A stretch of 64,000 nucleotides of DNA from a virus (taxonomy: Duplodnaviria > Heunggongvirae > Uroviricota > Caudoviricetes). Made by a program: the position numbers and the translations under genes. Location: the IMG/VR virus record IMGVR_UViG_3300046519_000060, positions 64,001 through 128,000 of that record. One strand, 5' to 3'. Below, piece after piece: positions 55,081-63,850 of this stretch (positions are counted from its first letter, which is position 1; every line of letters starts with the position of its first letter). The notes beneath the pieces are model-generated. The model saw nothing but the letters and a program-made list of their open reading frames with translations, searched no databases and had not been told where the DNA came from.

Positions 55081-55463
55081 AGCTGATCGTTGCGGGTAGC
55101 CGGTCGATTCAGGATCGGACCTTCGTGTTCCACGAACTGAATCAACGCAAGGAAGCGATTGACGAAGTTGTGTCGGGTATGGCACTGGAATGGCTGTGGG
55201 ACAAAGACCCACTGGCTGGCGGGCCTGACAGATACGGCTTCGAGTGGGCGAAGGAAAATGGGATACCAGTCGCGCCGTTTCCGGCTGACTGGTCTAAGGG
55301 AAAGGCCGCTGGAATGAAACGGAACGCTGAAATGGCTGACTATGCCGATGCAGCGTTCGTTTTCTGGGACGGGGAATCTACGGGGTCCGTTGATATGGTC
55401 AAGCAGATGAAGAAGCGTGGTAAGTCTGTTGTTGTGATGCGGCAAGGTGGTCTGTACTTCTGA
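55077..55463 (+). CDS. SLOG-fold protein (YspA/DUF2493-like)
   Basis: LIVAGSR; VVSG.A..G.D..G..WA; PADW...KAAG..RN..MA.YAD...VFWDG.S.G...M. Confidence 0.8.
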   Translation: MKLIVAGSRSIQDRTFVFHELNQRKEAIDEVVSGMALEWLWDKDPLAGGPDRYGFEWAKENGIPVAPFPADWSKGKAAGMKRNAEMADYADAAFVFWDGESTGSVDMVKQMKKRGKSVVVMRQGGLYF

Positions 55464-56141
55464 CTAGGGCGTAGTAGCACCTGTACCCCTTGGCTTGTTT
55501 GACACGACCCTTTGCTACTTGACACATATTGGCTTTGTTGAGTCCATGCGTCTTACAGAAGTCACTAAGGTTGGTGATGATTTCTTCTTTTCCGCATGGA
55601 TGAACGATGCGCCACGTCATAGCGGTCTTGTCTCGCGATTCTTTCGGGCGCGTAGTCCCGATCTTCGCAGCGGCAAGTGCGGCGCGATGTTCATCTGACT
55701 TTGGACCGCTAAGTTTGGCCTTGTGTTCGTCTGAGAACGGACCCTTGGCCCTCTACCCTTCAATGCGGTTGAGATTCGCTTCTTGACCGCCTCGGTTACT
55801 GGCTTGGCACGCCGGAATCGACGCTTACCTTCCTGAACAACATGTTCATTGAGAAGTAATTCGTTGTCCCAATTATCGCGGATAAGCTGCTGTTCGAAAT
55901 CGTAGGCATCGTCGCCTTCCCAGAATTCGGCAAGGATGAACCAATCGAAATTTTCGAATCCCATCTCCGATATTACTTTGGATGAAGTTTTATATACGTT
56001 TGGTAGATCGAGATGTGAAGGGATTCCCTTCGAGAGATACACCTTCTTTCCATATCGAGAACCAAAATAGAATTGCTTGGTGACGCGATGGACAAGAAGA
56101 TAGACGTAGGGCATCACCCTACCCGATGGATAAATAGACAT
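55399..56141 (-). pseudogene. Frameshifted GIY-YIG/Seg-like homing endonuclease
   Basis: The N-terminal PYVYLL...FYFGSR domain in ORF 55617-56141 continues in another frame from ~55750 as NUMOD3-like repeats (PFSDEHKAKLS, PKSDEHRAAL), open to 55399. Confidence 0.75.
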
Positions 56142-56199
56142 GCTGGCATTCCTCGTAAATGTTAGAGAAGGTGGGACGGCAATCCGCGACCTTCATATA

Positions 56200-56206
56200 T
56201 ATTTAG
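56200..56206 (-). promoter_or_regulatory. Late promoter for the antisense endonuclease
   Basis: CTAAATA on the minus strand. Confidence 0.6.
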
Positions 56207-56225
56207 TGGAACGCATTCTTTCATA

Positions 56226-57938
56226 ATGATTACATTCAAACAGGTTCGATATAAGAACCTTCTTGCTACTGGTTCCCCGTTCACTGTCATTCAACTTGAT
56301 GCGGCAGGAACAACGCTTCTAACTGGTAAGAATGGGAGTGGGAAATCCACCTTCATCGAAGCCATCACATTTGCCTTATACAACAAGGCATTCCGAAAGA
56401 TCGTCAAGCCCGATCTTCTCAACACAATCAACCACAAAGAGTGCCTTGTCGAACTTGACTTCCACATCGGCACGAAGAAGTACACTGTGAGTCGCGGCAT
56501 CAAGCCCGCAGTGTTCGAAATCCTTATCAACGGCGAACCGTATCAGACGAAGCCGGGTTTGGATGACCAGAAATACCTAGAAGATGTCGTGCTTGGTATG
56601 AACTACAAAACGTTCGTCCAGACCGTCATCATCGGCAAGGCAACCTATACGCCGTTCATGCAACTGACGACCCCGCAACGACGCGACATCGTTGAGGACT
56701 TGTTGGACATCCGCGTGTACGGCACGATGGTTGACTTGCTGAAAAAGAAACTGAATGACAGCAAACAACGCATCAAAGACATCGAAGGCGAAATCGCCAT
56801 CGCAACGAATAAGGTTGACGTTCAGAAAGCTTACGTCAAGACTCTACATGATGACCGTTCGAAGAAGGTTGCAGAAGCACGGTCCCAGATGGACACCGCA
56901 CAGGCAACCATCGATCAAGCCATTCAGAGCATCAACAGCCTAACGGAACAACGTGAAGCACTGGAAGCTAAGGTCGAAGATTCCGACGCGACTACGGAGC
57001 GTTTGGCGAAGCTGAAACCGCTTTGCACCAAGCTGGTAGAGAACGTCCAACGGCTGCGCGAAGAAGTCACCTTCTTTGAGAACCATGACGACTGCCCGGT
57101 GTGCAAGCAAGGCATCGATGAAGCATTCAAGACATCGGCCATCGAAGAACGCAACACCAAGGTCTTTCAGATGAAGGACGGTGGCGCGAAGCTGCGCGAA
57201 CAGATTGAAGCCACGCAAGAACGTCTCGATGAAATCACCAAGATCAACGCAGAGATTCGCAAGCTGGATCGCGACATCGGCAACCTACAACAGAGCATCA
57301 TGCTTGAACAGCGCACTATCTCGCGCCTGAGTGCATCAATCACTGAGGACGAAGGTGCGACCGGCAACATCGAAGAAGAACAAGAGAAGCTTCGGCAAGC
57401 CGCACAGACAGTGCTTGAACTGACGGACAAGAAGAACGTCGCGCTGGAAGATAAGCACTATCTGGATGCACAGGCGATCATGCTGAAAGACACCGGCATC
57501 AAGGCCAACGTCATCAAGCAGTATGTGCCGGTGATGAATAAGCTTATCAACGAATACCTGTTGGAACTGGACTTCTTCGCGTCGTTCAATATCGATGAAA
57601 ACTTCGATGAAGTGATTCGGTCCAGAGCGCGTGACGAATTGAAGTACGAGTCCTACAGCGAAGGCGAGAAGTTGAAGATCGATATGTCGCTGCTGTTCAC
57701 ATGGGTCCGCATCGCCCGGATGAAGAACACCGTAGCAACCAACCTGCTGATCTTTGATGAAGTGACGGACGCCGGTCTGGATACGGATTCGTCGGGACAC
57801 ATTGTTGGCATTCTGAAAGAATTGTCCAAGACCGCCAACGTGTTCGTTATCTCGCATCACCCGGACCTGTATGCCGATAAATTTGACCGACACTTGAAGT
57901 TTGCGAAGGTCAACAATTACTCAATCCTGCTAGATTGA
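56226..57938 (+). CDS. gp46: Recombination endonuclease subunit gp46 (Rad50/SbcC-like)
   Basis: G.NGSGKST; CPVCKQ zinc hook; SYSEGEK..ID; LLIFDE; ISH. Confidence 0.96.
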   Translation: MITFKQVRYKNLLATGSPFTVIQLDAAGTTLLTGKNGSGKSTFIEAITFALYNKAFRKIVKPDLLNTINHKECLVELDFHIGTKKYTVSRGIKPAVFEILINGEPYQTKPGLDDQKYLEDVVLGMNYKTFVQTVIIGKATYTPFMQLTTPQRRDIVEDLLDIRVYGTMVDLLKKKLNDSKQRIKDIEGEIAIATNKVDVQKAYVKTLHDDRSKKVAEARSQMDTAQATIDQAIQSINSLTEQREALEAKVEDSDATTERLAKLKPLCTKLVENVQRLREEVTFFENHDDCPVCKQGIDEAFKTSAIEERNTKVFQMKDGGAKLREQIEATQERLDEITKINAEIRKLDRDIGNLQQSIMLEQRTISRLSASITEDEGATGNIEEEQEKLRQAAQTVLELTDKKNVALEDKHYLDAQAIMLKDTGIKANVIKQYVPVMNKLINEYLLELDFFASFNIDENFDEVIRSRARDELKYESYSEGEKLKIDMSLLFTWVRIARMKNTVATNLLIFDEVTDAGLDTDSSGHIVGILKELSKTANVFVISHHPDLYADKFDRHLKFAKVNNYSILLD

Positions 57939-57990
57939 TGTTCGCTACCACACATAGCACAAAATTGGTACAAAACAAGTCTGATTTTCC

Positions 57991-58020
57991 TTGACAACAC
58001 GTTTGGGCGTTTGATAGAGT
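57991..58020 (+). promoter_or_regulatory. sigma70-type promoter
   Basis: TTGACA-N18-TAGAGT upstream of the ATPase gene. Confidence 0.6.
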
Positions 58021-58096
58021 TCATTCATCGAGTCGGGGCCGGAACAAAACGGACCCCGCCGCACCAGAAAAATAATGATGAGTGAGGAACTAGATT

Positions 58097-59032
58097 ATGC
58101 CGAAGGGAGTAGCTAAGACGGGTCTGCGTATGACCAAGCAACGACTCGCAGCATTCGAAGCGACGAATCCAGAAGTCGCCCAAGCGTATCGCGAAGCACA
58201 AGCCAGAAAGAACCCGTTGACGCTGGTTCAACTTCACGCCGATTCACTGGCCGAACAGTTGATCCCGGTGGAAAGAACAGAAGAAGAAATCGAAGAAAGG
58301 TTGAACGATCTGTTCGAAGCAATGGACATCATGGCAGAGGCTACGGCGCACGGTATGAATCGTTCCTTGATTATCAGCGGTCCCGCTGGTATCGGCAAGA
58401 CCTACGGTGTCGAGAAGGTTCTTGATGCTCTGGGCGATGACAAGCGGATCAAGAAGGTGTCTGGCTTCATGCGCCTGACTGGTCTGTACCGCATGTTCTA
58501 CGAGAATCGCTTCGAAAACTGCACCATCGTGTTCGATGACTCGGATTCGATCTTCGCGGATGATGACAAGCTGAACATGTTGAAGAACGCGACGGACACC
58601 AAGGAAGTTCGCAAGATCACTTGGGGCGCGGAAACGTCGATGGAGACGGAGAACGGCGAAGCGATCCCGCGTGAATTTGTGTTCGAAGGTAACGTCATCT
58701 TCATCACGAACACCGACATGCAAGCCATCGTGGACCGTGGTGGACGTTCGGCAGAACACTACGAAGCCCTGATTTCCCGGTCGCACTATCTGGCCGTGTC
58801 GATGCCCGAGAAGATCGACTACATCGTGCGCATCAAGCAAGTCCTTCGCGGCGGGATGCTCCGTAACAAGGGCTTCTCGGCGGCAGAAGAAGCGATCATC
58901 GTCAACTTCATGGAAGATAACGCTGACCGACTTCGCGAACTGTCGCTGCGTATGGTCCTGAAACTGGCACAACTGGCGAAGATGTCCCCGAAGTGGGAAC
59001 GCCTCGCATCTGCAACCTGCATGAAGTACTAA
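58097..59032 (+). CDS. P-loop AAA-type ATPase
   Basis: Walker A GPAGIGKT; Walker B VFDDSD; FITN; SR arginine finger. Confidence 0.85.
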   Translation: MPKGVAKTGLRMTKQRLAAFEATNPEVAQAYREAQARKNPLTLVQLHADSLAEQLIPVERTEEEIEERLNDLFEAMDIMAEATAHGMNRSLIISGPAGIGKTYGVEKVLDALGDDKRIKKVSGFMRLTGLYRMFYENRFENCTIVFDDSDSIFADDDKLNMLKNATDTKEVRKITWGAETSMETENGEAIPREFVFEGNVIFITNTDMQAIVDRGGRSAEHYEALISRSHYLAVSMPEKIDYIVRIKQVLRGGMLRNKGFSAAEEAIIVNFMEDNADRLRELSLRMVLKLAQLAKMSPKWERLASATCMKY

Positions 59033-59057
59033 TTAGGTTGCGTACAGCAAAACAACG

Positions 59058-59104
59058 AATCCCCAAGTTTGTTATTGACAGACTTGGGGATTTTGCTTTA
59101 TAAT
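59058..59104 (+). promoter_or_regulatory. 15-bp hairpin terminator overlapping a sigma70 promoter
   Basis: AATCCCCAAGTTTGT-tattg-ACAGACTTGGGGATT. TTGACA (59075-59080)-N18-TATAAT (59099-59104). Confidence 0.75.
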
Positions 59105-59134
59105 GACGTTTATGTTGATTAGGGAGATTCGCAC

Positions 59135-59359
59135 ATGTATGACATTCTGGTGTTCCACGGCGACAAGCTGTACCAAGTGACGTTCAATGGCAAAACTGCC
59201 ATCAGCGTTTACGTCAGAATTGACGGTCGATGGAAGTCGTGCGAACACTGGCGTCGGGTCTGGGACTTTTGTCAGGACACCACATCAAAGAAGGTTGCGG
59301 CAATCATCGCCCAAGCTGTTGCGAATCGGGATGCTAAGAAGCTGAACAAGAGAGAGTAG
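59135..59359 (+). CDS. Hypothetical protein
   Basis: 74-aa ORF with a GGAG RBS. Confidence 0.7.
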   Translation: MYDILVFHGDKLYQVTFNGKTAISVYVRIDGRWKSCEHWRRVWDFCQDTTSKKVAAIIAQAVANRDAKKLNKRE

Positions 59360-59371
59360 AGAAACTAGAGA

Positions 59372-60391
59372 ATGTTTACGTCGCAAGAACTGCAACAAAT
59401 GAAGTCGCTCCTGTCGGATAACGTCCGCGAACTGGAAGCGAAGCGTCTGCAACACAAGAGTCACATTGATTCGTGGGTCGCATACAAGAAGCCATACGTC
59501 GAGCGTGGCAACAAGCATGTGGTGGATGAATGTAATCTGTGCATCCGCAACCTCTACAGCGACATGAGCAAGGTCGAAAAGAAGATCGCGAAACTTGCCA
59601 ACCTGCAACGTCGCATCAAAGAAGAAATGGTGGACCTGACCATCATCAATCGATACGAACAAGAGGAAGGTTGGAAAGCATCCTCGAACTACGAGGACGA
59701 GTTCGTTGAAGTGTTGCCGGAACATGATGGCACTGCATTCGAAGCGATCCATAGCGCCGCGTCTGATCTTCGCCTGATGTCGTCCAACGAAGGCTGGCAA
59801 GACAACAAGATGGAATCGTTCGCGACGACCGGATTCGCACAAGTGATGCCGCAACAACGCATCGACCTTCCGGGCCTTCCTGCTGGCGTCGAAGCGGTCC
59901 AACTGCCCTACATCATCACGAACACGTCGAACCCGGAACCTGTTGTCGTTGATCCTACCTCTAAGCCTTCAAATCCGAAGGACGCGATTGGGTCTGGCAA
60001 GCTTCCGATTCACCTGTGGCCGAACACGGCAACGGCGATGGGTTGTATCGGTTTCCTAAATGGGATGCTCAAATATGGGCGTCAGAACTTCCGGGCTATC
60101 GGTATCCGTGCATCGATCTACTACGACGCCGCCAAGCGCCATCTGGACGCATGGTTTGAGGGCGAAGAAGTCGATCCCGATGACAACGTGCCTCACTTGG
60201 CCGCTGCACTGGCCTGTATCGCGATCATCGTGGACGCAGAGGCCGCTGGCAAGCTGAATGATGACCGTGCCTACCCCGGTGGTTATCGTGCGCTTGTAGA
60301 CCATCTGACGCCCCTTGTCGCGCAGTTGAAGCAGCATCATGAAAGCAAGACCCCGCATCACTACACGATCAAAGACGTAATTGTTGGTTGA
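59372..60391 (+). CDS. Fusion of an N-terminal helical domain and a dATP/dGTP diphosphohydrolase N-terminal-like domain (DUF5664 type)
   Basis: NPKDAIG..KLP.HL.P; G..KYG..NFR; Y..AA.RHL..W.EGE..DPD..V.HL..A.AC..II. Confidence 0.75.
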   Translation: MFTSQELQQMKSLLSDNVRELEAKRLQHKSHIDSWVAYKKPYVERGNKHVVDECNLCIRNLYSDMSKVEKKIAKLANLQRRIKEEMVDLTIINRYEQEEGWKASSNYEDEFVEVLPEHDGTAFEAIHSAASDLRLMSSNEGWQDNKMESFATTGFAQVMPQQRIDLPGLPAGVEAVQLPYIITNTSNPEPVVVDPTSKPSNPKDAIGSGKLPIHLWPNTATAMGCIGFLNGMLKYGRQNFRAIGIRASIYYDAAKRHLDAWFEGEEVDPDDNVPHLAAALACIAIIVDAEAAGKLNDDRAYPGGYRALVDHLTPLVAQLKQHHESKTPHHYTIKDVIVG

Positions 60392-60415
60392 CAATCCCAA
60401 ATCTGGTTGTTAGAA
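60387..60415 (+). promoter_or_regulatory. sigma70-type promoter for the clamp/clamp-loader operon
   Basis: TTGACA-N17-TAGAAT. Confidence 0.75.
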
Positions 60416-60473
60416 TTACCTAAGTCCGGTCAATCCCGACCGGACACTTTGAGATACACACGAAATACCAAAC

Positions 60474-61130
60474 ATGCAAATCTCCGCAGCAACCCTCGCC
60501 GTACTGAAAAACTTCGCGCAAATCAACACGAACATTCTGGTCCGTGAAGGCCAAGAACTTCGCACGATCAGCACGATGAAAGACATCTTCGCGGTCGCCA
60601 AGGTCGAAGAAAACTTCCCGCAAGAATTCGCGATCTACGATCTGACTTCCCTTCTCGCGCTGCTGACGCTCAACGAGAACCAAGAAGTCGAGTTCGGTGA
60701 GAAGTCGTTGAAGATCGTGAAGGACCACGGCGAATTCGAATACTTCTACGCTGACCCGAGCATCATCGTGGCCCCGCCGAACAAGAACGTCACGGTCGAT
60801 GAACATTTCGTGTTCAGCCTCACGAAAGAGGACTTGGTGACGATCATCAAGGCCGCTGCTATCGTCAGCGCACCGAGCATCAGCTTCACGTCCAAGGGCG
60901 GCAAAGTGACCCTGAGCGTGGGCGATCCCAAGACCCCGGCATCGAACAGCTACAAGAAGGTCGTGGGCGAATCGGAACACGAATTCAACGTGCAACTGGC
61001 AGTCGGCAACTTGAAGGTCATCCCGGACGCCTATGAAGTCGTGCTGTCGAAGAAGAAGTTCGTTCACTTCCGCAACGAAGAACGTGGTCTGCGCTACTGG
61101 CTGGCCGCTGAACCGGCATCCATCATCTAA
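60474..61130 (+). CDS. gp45: Sliding clamp gp45
   Basis: S..TL.VLKNFA.IN..I; F.IYDL..LL; Y.YAD.S.I..P; Y.LA.E. Confidence 0.95.
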   Translation: MQISAATLAVLKNFAQINTNILVREGQELRTISTMKDIFAVAKVEENFPQEFAIYDLTSLLALLTLNENQEVEFGEKSLKIVKDHGEFEYFYADPSIIVAPPNKNVTVDEHFVFSLTKEDLVTIIKAAAIVSAPSISFTSKGGKVTLSVGDPKTPASNSYKKVVGESEHEFNVQLAVGNLKVIPDAYEVVLSKKKFVHFRNEERGLRYWLAAEPASII

Positions 61131-61309
61131 TGTCAGAACAGTTCATTGACGGTGCAGCTTGCCGTCTGTTTGATGGAACCATGAAGTGGTGGCACGGCGA
61201 CAAGGCCGACCGCCCGACATGGGACAGCATCACCGAAGAAATGCGTGACGTATATCGCCAGTCGGCACGCGACCGTGAATTCTACGCGAGACAAAGTGAG
61301 CAACACTGA
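61130..61309 (+). CDS. 59-aa hypothetical protein (not in ORF track)
   Basis: The ATG overlaps the gp45 TAA. Manual translation MSEQFIDGAACRLFDGTMKWWHGDKADRPTWDSITEEMRDVYRQSARDREFYARQSEQH*. Confidence 0.6.
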   Translation: MSEQFIDGAACRLFDGTMKWWHGDKADRPTWDSITEEMRDVYRQSARDREFYARQSEQH

Positions 61310-62234
61310 ACAATTCCTCTGGACGGAGAAATATCGTCCGCAACGCATCGAAGATTGCGTTATCCCGCAATACCTGAAAGAGACGTTCCAAGAGTACGTC
61401 GCCAAGGAACAAATCCCGCACATGATTTTGTCGGGTGGTCCGGGCGTCGGTAAGACCACGGTTGCGAAGGCGCTGTGCAACGAACTGGACTGCGATTTCA
61501 TCGTCATCAACGGTTCGAGTGAGAACGGTATCGACGTTCTGCGTACCAAGATCACGGCGTTCGCATCGTCGGTATCCCTGAACGGTAAGCCCAAGGTCGT
61601 CATCATTGACGAAGCCGATGGTCTGAATCCAAACAGCATTCAACCTGCACTACGCAACTTCCTCGAAGAATACTCGAAGAACTGCCGTTTCATCTTCACC
61701 TGTAACTTCGCCAACAAGATCATCAGTCCGCTGCACTCGCGTTGCACGGTCATCGAGTTCAAGCTGACGAAGGAAGATCGTCCGATGATGGCCGCGAAGT
61801 TCATGAAGCGTGTCCTCGGCATCCTCGAAGAAGAACAAGTAGAAGCAGATAAGAAAGTAGTCGCACAAGTCTTGTCGAAGCACTTCCCTGACTATCGTCG
61901 CGTTCTCAATGAACTGCAACGCTATGCCTCGAAGGGTTCGATTGATGAAGGCATCCTTGCCAACATCCAAGACACCGACATCAAGGAACTGATCGCGTCG
62001 TTGAAGGAAAAGAACTTCAAGACGATGCGCCAGTGGGTCATGAACAACCAAGACAACGATGTTCAACGCATCTATCGTCAGGTGTTCGATGCTCTGATGG
62101 ACCTTGTGAACGAAGTGCCGCAGATGGTCCTTATCATCGCGGACTACTCGTACAAGTCGTATTTCGTAGCAGACCAGACGATCAATACGACCGCCTGTTT
62201 CACTGAACTGATGGCTTCACTCTCTTTCAAATAA
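61296..62234 (+). CDS. gp44: Clamp loader large subunit gp44
   Basis: FLWTEKYRP..I.DC; GPGVGKTT; IIDEAD; SRC. Likely GTG start at 61296. Confidence 0.96.
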   Translation: MSNTEQFLWTEKYRPQRIEDCVIPQYLKETFQEYVAKEQIPHMILSGGPGVGKTTVAKALCNELDCDFIVINGSSENGIDVLRTKITAFASSVSLNGKPKVVIIDEADGLNPNSIQPALRNFLEEYSKNCRFIFTCNFANKIISPLHSRCTVIEFKLTKEDRPMMAAKFMKRVLGILEEEQVEADKKVVAQVLSKHFPDYRRVLNELQRYASKGSIDEGILANIQDTDIKELIASLKEKNFKTMRQWVMNNQDNDVQRIYRQVFDALMDLVNEVPQMVLIIADYSYKSYFVADQTINTTACFTELMASLSFK

Positions 62235-62237
62235 AAC

Positions 62238-62411
62238 ATGACACTTACTCTCGGCACCCTCACCTTCGGCACCATCGTTATGTGGATCATCATTGGTCTA
62301 CTGGCCCTGCTGTGCGCACGTTTCATCATCGCCGTTGGCCTGTATCTGTTCGGCTTCGTCATCGCGCTACTGGCTGCATTGGTCGCCATCCCGTTCATGC
62401 GACGCAGATAA
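62238..62411 (+). CDS. 57-aa hydrophobic membrane protein (not in ORF track)
   Basis: Manual translation MTLTLGTLTFGTIVMWIIIGLLALLCARFIIAVGLYLFGFVIALLAALVAIPFMRRR*. Confidence 0.6.
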   Translation: MTLTLGTLTFGTIVMWIIIGLLALLCARFIIAVGLYLFGFVIALLAALVAIPFMRRR

Positions 62412-62490
62412 GTATGATCGTCGCACTGCTGTTCCTCGCACCGGTCATCATCATCTACATCGGCACACATTAAAACAAACGTGGTTCATG

Positions 62491-62519
62491 TTGTATCGGA
62501 TTCCCAAACATGGTATAAT
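62491..62519 (+). promoter_or_regulatory. sigma70-type promoter
   Basis: TTGTAT-N17-TATAAT. Confidence 0.65.
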
Positions 62520-62556
62520 GTGAACTACATCGAAACGAAAACTGAGAACTACCTGT

Positions 62557-62718
62557 ATGAGCAAGAAAGTCGCAAAGAAGAACCAGACGGAAGAAGATTC
62601 AATCTTCGCAGAAATCGAAGCAGACCTTCCCGAAGATACCAGTGAACTGATGTTTGACGGTCGCCGGTTCGAATCACACGGCGGTAGCCGTAGCTATCTG
62701 GACGATGATGGTCGGTAG
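62557..62718 (+). CDS. 53-aa acidic hypothetical protein (not in ORF track)
   Basis: Manual translation MSKKVAKKNQTEEDSIFAEIEADLPEDTSELMFDGRRFESHGGSRSYLDDDGR*. Confidence 0.5.
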   Translation: MSKKVAKKNQTEEDSIFAEIEADLPEDTSELMFDGRRFESHGGSRSYLDDDGR

Positions 62719-63199
62719 GAAAAAGAAAGTAGAACCGGTAGAAGCAGTATCCCTTGCGGGCCTTCTGGGGATGGAAGAAACACCAGTCCTCGAACCGGTA
62801 GAAGAAGCCAAGGTGAAGAAGTTGTCGCCGTTCGATTTTATCGGCGCTATCACCTACAGCAAGGAACAGTTGATCGTTGATGACGAGACGGAAAAGCAGT
62901 ACGTCCCTTTCATCGTGAATCGCGGTCTGGCAAATTCGATGGATACGGTCATCTGGGCGAACGAAATGAATTCGCGACCGCACATCGAGAAAGGCCAACA
63001 GTTTGCATTCCTCATGAAGTCGATTCCCAAGCGCAAGCGATACGACAAGTGGGCGAAGGCAGAAGAAATCGAGAATTTGCAACTGGTCATGGACTATTAC
63101 GGGTTCAGCCGTGAGAAGGCAGAAGTCGCACTAAGTATCCTGCAACCCGAGCAATTGGAATACATCAGCAACAAGCGCAATAGAGGCGGCAAAGTCTAG
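62705..63199 (+). CDS. gp62: Clamp loader small subunit gp62
   Basis: SPFDFI..I...K; Y.PF.VNR.L....D....ANEMN; Y..S.EKA..AL.IL. Likely start at 62705. Confidence 0.92.
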   Translation: MMVGRKKKVEPVEAVSLAGLLGMEETPVLEPVEEAKVKKLSPFDFIGAITYSKEQLIVDDETEKQYVPFIVNRGLANSMDTVIWANEMNSRPHIEKGQQFAFLMKSIPKRKRYDKWAKAEEIENLQLVMDYYGFSREKAEVALSILQPEQLEYISNKRNRGGKV

Positions 63200-63200
63200 C

Positions 63201-63635
63201 ATGACCCTGAGCATTAACCTGAACACCAACGGCCACATCGAATACAGGCCGCTGGAAGTGACGTTGAAGAAGGAAGATGACTTCCTGAAAATCCGCGAAA
63301 CCCTGACCCGTATCGGCGTCGCGGCAAAGAAAGAACAGAAGCTTTACCAGTCGTGCCACATCCTACACAAGCAAGGCAAGTACTACGTGGTGTCCTTCAA
63401 GGAACTGTTCGCGCTGGACGGCAAAGAGACGGAAATCACGGACAACGATCTGGAACGTCGCAACACCATTGCGAAGCTAATGCAAGACTGGAACCTGCTT
63501 CGTGTGGTCGATCAAAGCATCCTAAATAACCTTGCTCCGATGGCCCAAATCAAAGTCATCGCGCACAAAGACAAACACGAATGGACCCTCGAACCGAAGT
63601 ACTCGATGCAGTCCACATACAAGAAGGCCGCATGA
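63201..63635 (+). CDS. regA: Translational repressor RegA
   Basis: DDFLKIRETLTRIGVA; LYQSCHILHKQGKYY.V.FKELF.LDG; RRNTI..L..W.L. Confidence 0.96.
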   Translation: MTLSINLNTNGHIEYRPLEVTLKKEDDFLKIRETLTRIGVAAKKEQKLYQSCHILHKQGKYYVVSFKELFALDGKETEITDNDLERRNTIAKLMQDWNLLRVVDQSILNNLAPMAQIKVIAHKDKHEWTLEPKYSMQSTYKKAA

Positions 63636-63835
63636 ACGAAATCATCAAAGCTGACCAAGAAAGCCAAGGCGGTTTTCACGTCGAGAATCGCAACGGCAAC
63701 ATCGTGGTAGTCGATAACCTTGGCAACGTGGTAGCAACGTTGCAGAAGGGAAAGAAGCTTTCCTACGAAGCTGGCATCCAAGCCAAATTTCAACAGAAAC
63801 GTCTTGACAAGATCAAGGCAAAGCAATCCAAGTAA
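63632..63835 (+). CDS. Hypothetical protein
   Basis: ATG at 63632 overlapping the regA TGA; CTAAATA at 63522-63528 upstream. Confidence 0.6.
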   Translation: MNEIIKADQESQGGFHVENRNGNIVVVDNLGNVVATLQKGKKLSYEAGIQAKFQQKRLDKIKAKQSK

Positions 63836-63850
63836 ACGAAAGGTAGATAA

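Noticed and set aside
45538-59052. Recurrent (C/T)A(T/C)AGCA(A/C/T)AA just after gene stops (45540, 49501, 57954, 59043) as a separate motif or antisense promoters
   Set aside because: Only the 49504 copy has a plausible -35 and -10. The others are short, AT-rich and partly explained by terminator stems.
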